A stretch of DNA of 64,000 nt from the IMG/VR virus record IMGVR_UViG_3300045988_081755, one strand, 5' to 3'. The notes below the pieces were generated by a model. That model did not search any database, had not been told where the DNA came from, and saw only the letters and a list, made by a program, of their open reading frames with translations. The translations under genes and the position numbers were made by a program. Each line of letters opens with the position of its first letter. Position 1 is the stretch's first letter. Below are positions 1-10,400 of the stretch, one piece after another. Source of the DNA: a virus.

Positions 1-182
1 TTTGTCAGAGTCGTCCAATCGGTGAACGATTCACCCCCATCTTTTGAGTACCGAAACAGATTGGTCTCACCCTGTCGTGCTGCTCGCAATACAGGTATAA
101 GTCCAGCTGGCGGAATCACTTGAGTATGAATCGTGAACCCCTTTCCGACTCTGGGAAATTCTTTATACTTTATTGTTGCCAT
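1..182 (-). CDS. hypothetical protein, 5' portion only (gene continues past the left edge)
   Basis: ATG at 182 on the minus strand, 1 nt after the stop of the upstream gene. The frame stays open to position 1 (MATIKYKEFPRVGKGF...). Absent from the ORF track because it is truncated. Confidence 0.5.
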   Translation of the reverse strand, partial: MATIKYKEFPRVGKGFTIHTQVIPPAGLIPVLRAARQGETNLFRYSKDGGESFTDWTTLT

Positions 183-183
183 T

Positions 184-669
184 TCATTTCTTGAATTTTC
201 TCAATAGCCAAAAGACTCCTCCACCCACTGTTGCTATACCAGCGTAGAAGAATATCTTCTCCCACCAGCGAAGCGGCATACGGGTTGGCACCTCGACTTT
301 CTTCTCAACTTCAACAGGATAGGGAGCCGGAATTTCCTTGATAACTTCCCTGTCTTTATACACTACTTTGACAGGGATGCTATCCTGTTTGTTTTCAATA
401 TCATGCTCAAGCAAACCTGACTCTCCATGATATGTTGCAGTCGAACGAGCATACTTCGTTTCAACCGTGCTTGTCGTGTCAGGTGTAATGTTCTTGACAT
501 ACTCCTTTTCAATCTGAACCTGAACGACCGTGTCCCTCACTGTTTCCGTTACAGTAACCGTCTTTTCAACAGGAATATAAATCTTACGACTGCACGCAGC
601 AATCATAAGAACTATCCCAACCAGCATAAGAGCCTTTTTCAAAATACTTTTCATAATCTTTTTATTCAA
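184..669 (-). CDS. lipoprotein-signal protein with C-terminal TM helix (unimolecular-spanin-like candidate)
   Basis: 161 aa. N-terminal signal ending in lipobox-like LMIAAC, a beta-rich T/V/E middle, and a C-terminal hydrophobic helix IFFYAGIATVGGGVFWLL followed by RKFKK. 8-nt overlap with the upstream gene. Function inferred from topology only. Confidence 0.5.
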   Translation of the reverse strand: MNKKIMKSILKKALMLVGIVLMIAACSRKIYIPVEKTVTVTETVRDTVVQVQIEKEYVKNITPDTTSTVETKYARSTATYHGESGLLEHDIENKQDSIPVKVVYKDREVIKEIPAPYPVEVEKKVEVPTRMPLRWWEKIFFYAGIATVGGGVFWLLRKFKK

Positions 670-1120
670 TGGTTATCCACACTTCTCGCCCTGCTTTGAT
701 AGCTTCACGAACCATTTTCTTTACCCTTTCGGACGCATTAAATTGATTCTGTAACCGCTCTCTTCCAGGAACTCTATCCCCAACAAGAATACATCCTTCA
801 GTATGCCCAGCGTTGGCTCCAGCATGAATAAGTATCCCCAAGAAATGAGGCACGTTTTCCAAAGCAGGATACTCTTTCCCAAATTTAGGAGAGTACCGAT
901 ATATTACTTTATAACGTCCTGCCGGAATACAGGTTTCTCCATACACCTTTTCAGGGCATTTACACGCAACTCCCCTTGGAGTATTAGGACAGGTATCCGG
1001 AAGTTTGCGCTGAGTATCTTCCAGAGTGTCAGCTATCCTCAACCCATCATGAGATAAAACTCCCATTGTCGCAGTTGGGGAAAATTCCTGACGAATAAGT
1101 TTTAATTCTAAATTGCCCAT
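662..1120 (-). CDS. DUF5675-like protein with YkuD-type His/Cys signature (possible cell-wall enzyme)
   Basis: 152 aa. IHAGANAGHTEGCILVG resembles the His...Gly-Cys catalytic motif of L,D-transpeptidase-fold enzymes. Family name recalled, not searched. Confidence 0.5.
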   Translation of the reverse strand: MGNLELKLIRQEFSPTATMGVLSHDGLRIADTLEDTQRKLPDTCPNTPRGVACKCPEKVYGETCIPAGRYKVIYRYSPKFGKEYPALENVPHFLGILIHAGANAGHTEGCILVGDRVPGRERLQNQFNASERVKKMVREAIKAGREVWITIE

Positions 1121-1181
1121 ATCGTTTATCTTTTAAAATTCAACAGCGTAAAAATACAGCAAAAATTCTCTTGAAACAAGT

Positions 1182-2354
1182 CTAATTTGCGGGATAGAAC
1201 ACGGGTGAGAACTCGTTTGACGAGTCAAACATCACATTTCCTTCCAAGTCTCTCATTATGAATTTCTTGATTCTTGGTAGCATGAAATCTGATACAGGCT
1301 CATCGACAGACGGCTTGAACCATTCAGAAGCCACATAGCGAACCCCCTCTGTATTCTTAACTATCTCTAACAGGTTATCCCACTCAACTCGCTGACCAGC
1401 TTCCCAGAAACGGAAGTCAAGATACTTCGTCATTCCAACCTGTATGTTCTTTCTTACGACAGCCGTATCGTAGCCAGCTTCCAACTCACAACGAAAATCA
1501 ACTCCGGCTTCACCACCGACCTCATACCATGTTGCATTCTCAAGTTTAATCCCCATTAGCTTGCCAGATACTATCATATCCCCAATTCCGAAATACGGAG
1601 TAGCCTTATCAAGCAAGGTTTTCAACTCTGCGTAGGAAAGCTCTTGACCGTTCTGAGTCGCTAACTGAATATGAATGAATGAGTCTTCCATAATTCCAAC
1701 AAACATAATCTTGAGAATTCGATTATCGAAATTTTGAAAGATTTGTGTCAGCTTCTCTATCGTGGCTGTCGCATACACGTTTTGATGATTCAGGATTCTC
1801 CTCCTGAACATTTCATCACTTTCAGTATCACGACCACCAATTGCATAATATTCATTCGTACACTCGTAATGACCCTGCGGAATTGGATTCACGGTTGTGA
1901 TACTATTCGCATCTACATTCGTAAACCGTCCTATTGCCTCGCTTCGCACCTTTACATAACCATACCCCGACTCGCCAACTGTAAGAGAGTTTTCGATGGC
2001 GAAACGAACCCCATTAGTGCTGACAAAGGTATTCACTCCAGCCGTGTACGTTGTTCCTGGTTCAGCATACACTCGTATATAAGTAGAAGAACCCAACGCA
2101 CCATAACGAGCCGTCACCCCAAACAAGGACGCTGCCCTATCAAGATAATCCCCAGAAGCGGTTTCTGGAAAGATTTGTGTCTCGACTATCGCCACATCCT
2201 TGATAGCCTTTTGCGCAACTTTTGCCGATGCATATGCAGCGGCATTCAAGACGGAATTATCAGTGATGTCAGATACCTTGTCCGTCTTGTTTAAGAATGT
2301 TTCAACCCAAAGATTCTTCAGGAATGAAATAGTATTATTTACTTTTGTTATCAT
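1182..2354 (-). CDS. baseplate J/gp47-like protein
   Basis: 390 aa. The N-terminal stretch NSVLNAAAYASAKVAQKAI...ASGDYLDRAASLFGV resembles baseplate J family proteins. Sits at the distal end of the tail module. Confidence 0.55.
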   Translation of the reverse strand: MITKVNNTISFLKNLWVETFLNKTDKVSDITDNSVLNAAAYASAKVAQKAIKDVAIVETQIFPETASGDYLDRAASLFGVTARYGALGSSTYIRVYAEPGTTYTAGVNTFVSTNGVRFAIENSLTVGESGYGYVKVRSEAIGRFTNVDANSITTVNPIPQGHYECTNEYYAIGGRDTESDEMFRRRILNHQNVYATATIEKLTQIFQNFDNRILKIMFVGIMEDSFIHIQLATQNGQELSYAELKTLLDKATPYFGIGDMIVSGKLMGIKLENATWYEVGGEAGVDFRCELEAGYDTAVVRKNIQVGMTKYLDFRFWEAGQRVEWDNLLEIVKNTEGVRYVASEWFKPSVDEPVSDFMLPRIKKFIMRDLEGNVMFDSSNEFSPVFYPAN

Positions 2355-3271
2355 ATCTGAATATTTGTTACAAGAAAATTATTCGTTACTGTCTTCACCT
2401 GTATCTTCATGAAGATAGCGTCTTCCTTCCTGTACAGGTCAAGAAGATTTACTGATACCCACCGAGCGTCCCTTTGAAACATATTCACCAAGTGTTTGAA
2501 CAGGGACGGATACTGTATGGCATTCACGGAAGAACCGATAGCCTCATTAGGAAGCCCATAATTCGGAAACTCCGGAATTGTACCTTTCAAAGCATGAATG
2601 ATTGTGTCCAAAGCCTGCCCAATAGCAGCCTCGTATTCAAGCGTCGCCAAGTCATCGTTCTCAAACCGAAAGTTCTTATCGATGTCCTTACCGAGTATCT
2701 TTTCAGAATCAAGGTTATCAACAATATTCGGAATATTGAAATTCCCCGATGTTCTGATATTAATCTTGAACATTCCTCCACCTGTATTCGCATCGTAGTC
2801 CTCTTCCTCTACTGCGTTATTTCGAGCAATATCTACCCAATCATCCTGAGGATTGTTCGAGCCTAACTGTGATGATACATTCTCAAACGTTTCCCGAGTC
2901 TTAAGAACTCTTTGAAGAGCAACATTCATTCCGTACCGTCCAATAATAGCTGAACGCAACCATCGTGATGAATTGTCTATCGTCCACAACTTCGTTTGGC
3001 ATTCAGTGAACATATCAAGCAATTCCCAAGAATCAATCCTGGAAAGACCTGTCGCCTTTAATGTGAACAACGGCTCAATTTCCTGCGATTGCTTCATCAG
3101 GGTGTCAAGCCTACCAAACGAGTCCCCAATATTGACATCGTCTTGACCTGTATAGTAAGCAACTATCAGTGGATAGTAGGAGTTGCAAAACAATGCAAAC
3201 GACTCAAAGTACGATTGAATGTCGTACCCTGTTTGTTTCTTAAATGTCTCTAATGCGTCTCTCATAACCAT
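2351..3271 (-). CDS. tail/baseplate module protein, function unassigned
   Basis: 306-aa ORF, co-directional, with 4-nt and 10-nt overlaps with its neighbours inside the baseplate block. Confidence 0.6.
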   Translation of the reverse strand: MVMRDALETFKKQTGYDIQSYFESFALFCNSYYPLIVAYYTGQDDVNIGDSFGRLDTLMKQSQEIEPLFTLKATGLSRIDSWELLDMFTECQTKLWTIDNSSRWLRSAIIGRYGMNVALQRVLKTRETFENVSSQLGSNNPQDDWVDIARNNAVEEEDYDANTGGGMFKINIRTSGNFNIPNIVDNLDSEKILGKDIDKNFRFENDDLATLEYEAAIGQALDTIIHALKGTIPEFPNYGLPNEAIGSSVNAIQYPSLFKHLVNMFQRDARWVSVNLLDLYRKEDAIFMKIQVKTVTNNFLVTNIQI

Positions 3272-4056
3272 CCCTCCAATACTGTTTCGGTCACAGGCTG
3301 TAAAGCATCTGTCACCACTGACGCAACTTCATTGACTCCTGTCTGTATCATCGAAGGAAGTAACTTGTCCAACAAGGATTTATCATTCTTGTTAGACACG
3401 GCTTCCAACGGAGCCAACGCAATCATCGTCATATTATAGTTCCATACCATATTCTTCGACAAGTCCTGTGAAAACTGCACTCCGGATGGCGGAATAGAAA
3501 CGAGGTAACTTTCCCCGAGTGCCATATTATAGAAGTACAGCCTCAATGGTCTCCCACTTTCATCAAGACCAACGCTCTTACTTATCATTGCTTGAAGTAT
3601 CTTCATCACGCCATAACCTGTCTTAACATTCAGATTGAAATTCGAAAATGCAAGTCCTGAAATTGAACCGCTCTTCTTAGTGATGTCAAACAAATGATAT
3701 TTTCCTGCACTGACGCTTTTGCTTGACGCATCAATGCTCACGGATGGCTTCGGATTAATTAGTATCTTGAACTGCCGACCAAAACTCCCCTTAATGTTAA
3801 TTTCCTGAGGCGAATAGGAAGGAGTCGACAATACTGTTACTCCTGCCATCGACTTCTTGATATTAGTTCGGGTTGGTTCTGTCTTCGATATAGAATCCGG
3901 CATTATAGGAAACGTCAGATAATCTATCGTGTTGTCGTTACTATCCGCAAGTTCCAAAGCAACCATGTACCATTCGAAGTCATTAGGATACAAGCTCGCA
4001 AGAGCCTGTCCCCCGATTGACTTCGCCATGTTCATAACTGTATCTAATGCAGACAT
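3262..4056 (-). CDS. tail/baseplate module protein, function unassigned
   Basis: 264-aa ORF, co-directional, overlaps the downstream gene by 10 nt. Confidence 0.6.
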   Translation of the reverse strand: MSALDTVMNMAKSIGGQALASLYPNDFEWYMVALELADSNDNTIDYLTFPIMPDSISKTEPTRTNIKKSMAGVTVLSTPSYSPQEINIKGSFGRQFKILINPKPSVSIDASSKSVSAGKYHLFDITKKSGSISGLAFSNFNLNVKTGYGVMKILQAMISKSVGLDESGRPLRLYFYNMALGESYLVSIPPSGVQFSQDLSKNMVWNYNMTMIALAPLEAVSNKNDKSLLDKLLPSMIQTGVNEVASVVTDALQPVTETVLEGWL

Positions 4057-4089
4057 ATCTTTTAAATTTTCTACAAATATAGTAAATCT

Positions 4090-4311
4090 CTACAAAATTT
4101 TTCCCGTACTTGTCGTTGCCCCTGTCTGAGCAGCAGCAGTACCAGTGGTCGAAACAGTGATTCCAGGTTGAACCTCTCCCGTCTTGACAAACGTATCAAT
4201 CGCATCCGCCATGCCGTTTGCAAACTTACTATCGTCAATCTCAGTTTCTTTTCTTATTTGCGTCATCAATGAAAGTATTGATTGCGCAAGTCCTGCTTTA
4301 TCTAATGGCAT
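4090..4311 (-). CDS. small tail-module protein
   Basis: 73-aa ORF filling the gap between two tail genes. T/G/A-rich C-terminus. Confidence 0.5.
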   Translation of the reverse strand: MPLDKAGLAQSILSLMTQIRKETEIDDSKFANGMADAIDTFVKTGEVQPGITVSTTGTAAAQTGATTSTGKIL

Positions 4312-4315
4312 AATC

Positions 4316-5356
4316 TTATTTATTAAAAAATTGTTTCAATAAACCGTTTAACTCAGTTGTCTTCTGTATCGTAGGAGGTAATGGTGTCCCGCTCGGTCCA
4401 ACAGCCGTTGAAACTGTTAGCGTGGCGATAGCATCTACAATTTTTGTCAGGAGTTCATTCAACCCTGTCCCTCCATTGATAATTGACATCTTTCCATTTC
4501 TTATTTCAATCATTGCATCGCCCTGAGACAGAGTAGCTTTCTTATCCTCGAAACGCAGGGTGCAATCAAAGATTGTCGTCTCCGCTTTATTCTCGTTGAC
4601 GGTATGATTATACTGGGTTTCCCCCACCTTTGTTTCTGTCACGAACCCTTGCTCGGTTATAGTCGTTTTTGAGAAGTTTTTATCGTCTCCCTCACCATAC
4701 GTAGCAGAAACGGTCATTTCTTCCTTATTGATGCTTATTCCCGACTCATTTTCGGTGACAGGGTCTATCAGTTTAGCAGTGAGCTCTTCGAAAGCCTCTA
4801 CTTCCACTTTCTTGTTAGCGGAAACTTTCACTGTACCCGTTGAACCTACCTCAAGAAGAGCGTTCTCGTCTCCAAGCGCATTTATCTTAAGAGTCCCGAA
4901 CTGTTGCCCTCTAATTGAAATGAACAACGTTCCTCTCTTTGCACTACCTGTAATGCTCAAAGAACCCTTATCCCATTCACGAAGAATTGAAAACTCTTCA
5001 TCGCTTCTCATAGGGATACGACCATTCGTTGAAATAAAGGTTCCGATAATCATCGGCTGGTTCATGTACGATTGTGCTATCCACATCACCGGAGTTCCCT
5101 TCTCCCCAACCTTTCTTGGAAAGGTTATATTCTGAAGAGCCTCGTTTGAAATGAAGCATTCGTGAATGACGTTCCCTTCACTATCATCAATGATTGATAT
5201 CTTATTCGTTCGAAAACAGGTGTCAACGAACTTATCACGGTCGACTCCTTCCGGAATTAGAACGTATCCAAATCCAGTTGTTTGCTGAACCGTTCCTTGC
5301 TTACGAACAGGGGAAACTCCTTGTTTCCCCACCTTTTTGACTCTAATCGTTGCCAT
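4316..5356 (-). CDS. baseplate hub / central spike candidate
   Basis: 346 aa, beta-rich, located right after the large post-tape-measure protein. Assignment by position only. Confidence 0.4.
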   Translation of the reverse strand: MATIRVKKVGKQGVSPVRKQGTVQQTTGFGYVLIPEGVDRDKFVDTCFRTNKISIIDDSEGNVIHECFISNEALQNITFPRKVGEKGTPVMWIAQSYMNQPMIIGTFISTNGRIPMRSDEEFSILREWDKGSLSITGSAKRGTLFISIRGQQFGTLKINALGDENALLEVGSTGTVKVSANKKVEVEAFEELTAKLIDPVTENESGISINKEEMTVSATYGEGDDKNFSKTTITEQGFVTETKVGETQYNHTVNENKAETTIFDCTLRFEDKKATLSQGDAMIEIRNGKMSIINGGTGLNELLTKIVDAIATLTVSTAVGPSGTPLPPTIQKTTELNGLLKQFFNK

Positions 5357-7508
5357 CTTTAAACATTTCTCTTTCTAAGAAGAAGTTAAACACATCGATA
5401 TTCACACCAAACTTCGTCGAAGACGGAGCTATCACATCGTCCTTATGCTTGGGGTCTCGCTTCTGAATATCCGCCCGAATTCCGTCAATATCAACGATGT
5501 TGAAATAATTTTTCGCGGCATTAGTGATGTACTCAAGAAGCATCCCCCTCTCAACTGTCAGAACAGTAACACGGTCAATTACATCATTTGTGAATGTAAT
5601 TGTATTGTTCACCGCTGTCACGTAGAAGAGCTCCTGCGTGCTCTCTAATATAACGAAAGTACCAACCTTAATACGTCTGTCCCCATTTATTGTTATCGTT
5701 CCTTTACGAGTGAACGGGAGATACGAGGTGGTCTCAACCACATACAGTAAATCATTCAACAACGCTTGAGACATTGTATTGATATTCTTTTCGTCGTCTT
5801 TCCCTTTCAGGCTCTTTTCAGACAGATAGATATCATTCGTGATGCACCGCTTATTTCCGAAACGTTCAACATACTCATTCAAGAAGATAATAGGAACCAA
5901 CGCCAGTGAGGAGAACTGTGAACTACCTGTCAATGCGTTCTGTGGCATGATTCGATACCACGCATAAGCACGGTTATCATACTCAAGCGAAAACGATAAC
6001 AGGTCTTTCGGTTCTATTCCTATAAATTCTTTTGAATTGACAACGTTCTGAATTGCCGTCTTCGTAAACGGAGGCTGGCGTATCATCAGGTCGAATTCGT
6101 TCCCCCACGTATCTCCCCAAAATTCAACGAACGGTTGCTGGCATATCTTATTGAAGAAATCAAGCAACGTTCCTTCGGGGTTCGTCAATGAACGGTCAAC
6201 AATTCTTCTGTCTGATAGCTGTCCGTCCACCCACAGGGTAATCATCTGCCACACCCCCTTTGCATCAGGACGCTTCGCGCAATGAGAAAACAGGCTGTTA
6301 GGAACGATTCCAATGTTTGACAACTGATTCACGATAAACGATGACACGGTGTCAATCTGCTGAAACTCATAAGCGAAATAATAATCGTACGAACCTGTCA
6401 CCATGTTACGCTTGAACCACGAGGATTCGGGGTCTCCCCCATAGAACCACCTGTCTGGGCTTCCCTCTACAAATTTCAAAGGAATAAAGTAGGAACCATC
6501 CTCAACTAACAGTTTCATCAAGTCCCGACCAGATATTGATACAGAGTAATCCGTACTTTCGGAATCAACATTTGTTGAAACAGTATCTATCAGACCCATC
6601 ATATCCCATATCAACTTGTCATTCAGTTCTGACGGTTCAATGATGTGGGTGCTTGATTGGCGTTTTCCCATATCCTCATACTTCTCCTTCTTCAACTTTT
6701 CGAAACGAATAAATATCATATCGTTGTTCTGAATGAACTTCGAAAACCAGTCACGATGAATACTTCCTCGCTTATCTGTAATATTAAAATGATTAGCAAA
6801 GTCTTCGCCAAATGTCTGGATTGTAAGCGTATCAGTTGGAACGAGCTCAATAGAGAATGTCCCCATTGATATATCTTTATTCGTCGAACAGGTTCTTATC
6901 CAAGAACTGATATCATACACTTTATTGAAGGCACGTGAATAGACCCAAACTTTGATGTTTAAGGCTTTCATCTGAACATGGTATTCTTTGTTCTCATCGC
7001 CCGAACCTGACGCTGCGGCACGCTTCTTCGCTGCGTAAGAATCATTGATTGGCTTTGAGCTACTCGAATCACCATTGTTCGTAGGAGAGTCCCAAGGCAC
7101 ATATTCGGGGTCTTTCAGGAGCTCTTTTTGTTTCGTTGACCAAAACGCTGAGAAGCTACTATACTGCCTCATAAACAGGTCAGAAGCAAGTATCTCTTGC
7201 AGCTCTGCGGTTATCTGTTTGTTTGGTATTGCGTACCATGTTCCCACCATTATCAACGGTGGCTTATTCTGCTCTATTTCACTCTTATATTTCTCCTTCA
7301 TTTGAGGAGAATAACTGTTTATAATTATCTCAGCATTCGTCCAATGACCATCGGTAAATTTTAGGAAGTCATCAACGGTCAAGTCCTCTTGATACCCTTG
7401 CTTCTTCAAATCATCAAGGAAATCTTGGATAGTCGCTGGTTCGCGACTATCTTCGATTCCTTTGAACCAATCGGTTGAATACGGAGGTATTTTCTTTTCT
7501 TCTGCCAT
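5343..7508 (-). CDS. large tail/baseplate protein (721 aa), function unassigned
   Basis: Long ORF immediately downstream of the tape measure gene (2-nt gap), 14-nt overlap with the next gene. Confidence 0.6.
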   Translation of the reverse strand: MAEEKKIPPYSTDWFKGIEDSREPATIQDFLDDLKKQGYQEDLTVDDFLKFTDGHWTNAEIIINSYSPQMKEKYKSEIEQNKPPLIMVGTWYAIPNKQITAELQEILASDLFMRQYSSFSAFWSTKQKELLKDPEYVPWDSPTNNGDSSSSKPINDSYAAKKRAAASGSGDENKEYHVQMKALNIKVWVYSRAFNKVYDISSWIRTCSTNKDISMGTFSIELVPTDTLTIQTFGEDFANHFNITDKRGSIHRDWFSKFIQNNDMIFIRFEKLKKEKYEDMGKRQSSTHIIEPSELNDKLIWDMMGLIDTVSTNVDSESTDYSVSISGRDLMKLLVEDGSYFIPLKFVEGSPDRWFYGGDPESSWFKRNMVTGSYDYYFAYEFQQIDTVSSFIVNQLSNIGIVPNSLFSHCAKRPDAKGVWQMITLWVDGQLSDRRIVDRSLTNPEGTLLDFFNKICQQPFVEFWGDTWGNEFDLMIRQPPFTKTAIQNVVNSKEFIGIEPKDLLSFSLEYDNRAYAWYRIMPQNALTGSSQFSSLALVPIIFLNEYVERFGNKRCITNDIYLSEKSLKGKDDEKNINTMSQALLNDLLYVVETTSYLPFTRKGTITINGDRRIKVGTFVILESTQELFYVTAVNNTITFTNDVIDRVTVLTVERGMLLEYITNAAKNYFNIVDIDGIRADIQKRDPKHKDDVIAPSSTKFGVNIDVFNFFLEREMFKDGND

Positions 7509-7510
7509 AA

Positions 7511-9694
7511 TTATTCCGATTGAATTGTTATGTTATTCAATGACTTTCCAACTCCTTCTTTAACCCCCTGAGAAACATTCTCCCGGATTTTCTGTAACTG
7601 TTCATCGGTAAACTGTATAGCAGGGAATCCACCCTGTTGCCCTGTACCTGAGCCAGCACTTCCTGGAGAGGGAGCTACGATTGTAACAGGTATCGGACCC
7701 TCGTCTTTGATTGCTTTAACAACCGCAGCGATAGAACCTTTTCCACCAAGAATTTCTTCATATCCATCCTTAATTTTTCGATTCTGTGTTGCGGCAGTAG
7801 ATGCGGCAATGTCACCAACCTTACTTCGAGCATCAGCCTCAGAATATTCAGCACCCGTTGAACGACCACGCTGAAATATTTTCTTCGCATCGTTTCCAGT
7901 TGCCTTTTCCAAGTCAATAATATCAGTCATTGACAAATTAGGGAAGATTTGTTTCATCACCTGACGACCCATTTCGCCCCCACCCGTCATCTTCTGTATT
8001 CTTTCGAAGAACTGTTGCTGAAGTTCAGGTTTCTCCGGCATCTGTTCAATCATCGCTTGTAAATCTGATAATTGAGCATCGGGACCAGCAACCTCTCTTG
8101 CGGTTCTCAAAAGCAACGCTTGGCTGACGTCATCTTGACTTACATTGTTTCCCATTAAAGAGTTCTGTACACGCTCTAATTGGCGACCCTCCATCCCAGT
8201 AGCATTCTGTATGCTTGTCATGGAACGTACAATCCCAGCCGTATTGAGTGAACCTGTTCTGTTAAGAACATTCTCTCCCATGCGATTGAACGATTGTAAA
8301 TACTCCCCAAGTGTCGAAGCGATGTACTGGTCACTCTTTCCGAGTCCCTGTAAGTTGGTGTCAAAAGCCTGTACAACGTTGGCTCCTGTACGACCTGAAC
8401 GGTCAAACCGTGTTGTCGCTAATACAGAAGCAGCATCATCTTCAGATAAGCCTCGAATCTTTCCAGCCATTAACAGTTGATTCACATCATGAAGGGAAGT
8501 GTTCCGTTCATAGACTCCAGCCTTTTGAAGAGTTGTAACCTGAGACAGATAATCTGTCATATTCAAGCCCAACGTCCGTGAAGCCCATGTAGGAAGCTCA
8601 TCTTTATCAGTTACCAACCCTGCCTTATCAGCACTTCTTAATTGCTGTCTCTTTTGACCGTATTCCCAATCTTTCCAAGCCTCAGCCTCTTGTTGCGTTT
8701 TTGGAAAGGCAATTGCCGATAAATCAAGTGTTCCTGGTTCCTTTGGTTGTGATTGCTTCTGTCTATACGACCAATCCGTCGCCATCTTATAATCATGAAA
8801 CGTAGTGTTCCCACCCGTAACATAATCAACATTATCACCAAATGAATCAACGAATTGGCTCCCCAACGCTTCACGATAGGAAATGTTATGTAAAGCAGAA
8901 TAATCCCCCAACGCTCTATCGTTCTGGGTTGCTGCCATACGTCCGACTTCCTTCTTTTCAGCTTCGGCTCCCGATATGCCGAATGTCAGCATATTCAACA
9001 ACCAATGATTACCCCTGTTATTCCGACGTTGAAATTCGTTTTCCGCACCATACTGTGCAGCCTCATACTTCGCTTGCTGACCCAATATTGTTCCAATCCC
9101 CATAATAAGCGCACCGAAAGGAAGCATTCCCATCAATCCACCCATACTCGTAGGGAGCTTGAACCCTTTTCCAAACATTCCAGCACCACCCTGTCCGGGA
9201 GTCGGAACCTCTGGAGTTGCCGGAGGTGGAGCTTGAGGAGGTTCCCCTCCGCCAGCCGAAGGAAGAACACCATTCGTGTCATCCCGCTGGGTCTTTTCCA
9301 TTGTGTCCGCTATCCGGACAACTTCTGACAGTATCTTATCAAGAGTCGTTTGTTGGCGTTCAGTAAGCTGGGTATTTAAAGCACGACCAGAAGTTCCTGG
9401 AGATACAACTCCACCCGAACCACTTAAAGGTCGCCCAGTATAAGGGTCTATAAGGGTCGGTCGTCTTTCGGTCGGGGTATCATTAGGGAAGCCACCTTGC
9501 ATTCCCCCTGAGAGAGCGTTTCGCTCCTTTAACAGGTCGATTTGCTTTTGAATGACTCCAACAGTTTGCTCAGCGATGTCCTTGAACGTACTTTCCATCT
9601 TATTGAAGTCGTTCCACAAGGCTTGAGCGTTTTGCCGGAGCTCCTGAAGAGGTGACGCATCAGCCGATACCCGTATTCTCTTGTCTTCCGCCAT
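7511..9694 (-). CDS. tail tape measure protein
   Basis: 727 aa. Gly/Pro-rich N-terminal third, hydrophobic segment GGLMGMLPFGALIMGIGTILG, long helical remainder. Lies downstream of the tube gene and two small chaperone-sized ORFs. Confidence 0.7.
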   Translation of the reverse strand: MAEDKRIRVSADASPLQELRQNAQALWNDFNKMESTFKDIAEQTVGVIQKQIDLLKERNALSGGMQGGFPNDTPTERRPTLIDPYTGRPLSGSGGVVSPGTSGRALNTQLTERQQTTLDKILSEVVRIADTMEKTQRDDTNGVLPSAGGGEPPQAPPPATPEVPTPGQGGAGMFGKGFKLPTSMGGLMGMLPFGALIMGIGTILGQQAKYEAAQYGAENEFQRRNNRGNHWLLNMLTFGISGAEAEKKEVGRMAATQNDRALGDYSALHNISYREALGSQFVDSFGDNVDYVTGGNTTFHDYKMATDWSYRQKQSQPKEPGTLDLSAIAFPKTQQEAEAWKDWEYGQKRQQLRSADKAGLVTDKDELPTWASRTLGLNMTDYLSQVTTLQKAGVYERNTSLHDVNQLLMAGKIRGLSEDDAASVLATTRFDRSGRTGANVVQAFDTNLQGLGKSDQYIASTLGEYLQSFNRMGENVLNRTGSLNTAGIVRSMTSIQNATGMEGRQLERVQNSLMGNNVSQDDVSQALLLRTAREVAGPDAQLSDLQAMIEQMPEKPELQQQFFERIQKMTGGGEMGRQVMKQIFPNLSMTDIIDLEKATGNDAKKIFQRGRSTGAEYSEADARSKVGDIAASTAATQNRKIKDGYEEILGGKGSIAAVVKAIKDEGPIPVTIVAPSPGSAGSGTGQQGGFPAIQFTDEQLQKIRENVSQGVKEGVGKSLNNITIQSE

Positions 9695-10001
9695 TTTGTT
9701 CTAATTTAAGCATTTCTTCAATTTCTCTTTCAGCCTCAGTAGAGAAGTCCTCAATCGTAGTCGAAGCCTTAAAGATGTCCCCAATTCCGGGAATATACTT
9801 ATCCTCATCTTTCCCACGTTCAGTCTGAAACTCTTTTAAATACAGCTTGTCTTCTTCGAATTCCATTAGCTGGTATAAAAAAGAAGATTCCCGATGAGCA
9901 GGGGACATAAATGAAACATTATGCTTTATTCGCCACCACCTGTCCAACGGGAATCTATTGTTCCAGCTGACAACACCCTGTATCAGCTCGGAATGTTTCA
10001 T
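9660..10001 (-). CDS. tail assembly chaperone candidate (second ORF)
   Basis: 113 aa. Starts 1 nt after the stop of the preceding ORF and overlaps the tape measure start by 35 nt. Positional call. Confidence 0.45.
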   Translation of the reverse strand: MKHSELIQGVVSWNNRFPLDRWWRIKHNVSFMSPAHRESSFLYQLMEFEEDKLYLKEFQTERGKDEDKYIPGIGDIFKASTTIEDFSTEAEREIEEMLKLEQNGGRQENTGIG

Positions 10002-10002
10002 A

Positions 10003-10371
10003 TTACTCCTCCTTCTTTACGTCATCACTTTCATCACCTTTCAGGAGGTCAGTAATTTCTTTAAAGAACGGAGCAACCGTCTTGAAGTATTCATCGCGGA
10101 TAAGTTTGTAGTCCCTGACGTCAAGTTCCGAAAAGTTTTTCACTTTCATATCCTCTATCAATTTCGGACACAAAACAGCAATCGCTGCTTCAATATCAAT
10201 CATGTCAAGAGCATGCTGAGCCATAGCTGAAGGACTCATGACCATTGAGTTATAGAACCCTCTGGACAGGTTTTGCTTCATTGCTTCAATCTGATAGAAC
10301 TGACCCACATTAGGGAACTTCACTGGGTAACTGTGCCCCTTGATTTCAATTGTTACTTCATCTTTTATCAT
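10003..10371 (-). CDS. tail assembly chaperone candidate (first ORF)
   Basis: 122 aa, acidic C-terminus, lies between the tube and tape measure genes. Confidence 0.5.
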   Translation of the reverse strand: MIKDEVTIEIKGHSYPVKFPNVGQFYQIEAMKQNLSRGFYNSMVMSPSAMAQHALDMIDIEAAIAVLCPKLIEDMKVKNFSELDVRDYKLIRDEYFKTVAPFFKEITDLLKGDESDDVKKEE

Positions 10372-10400
10372 AATCTTCTTTTATTTAAAGCAAGGCAGGA

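Noticed and set aside
9660-10371. Programmed -1 frameshift joining the two chaperone-sized ORFs
   Set aside because: The second ORF has its own ATG 1 nt after the first stop and lies in the +1 frame relative to the first ORF. I found no slippery heptamer near the junction.
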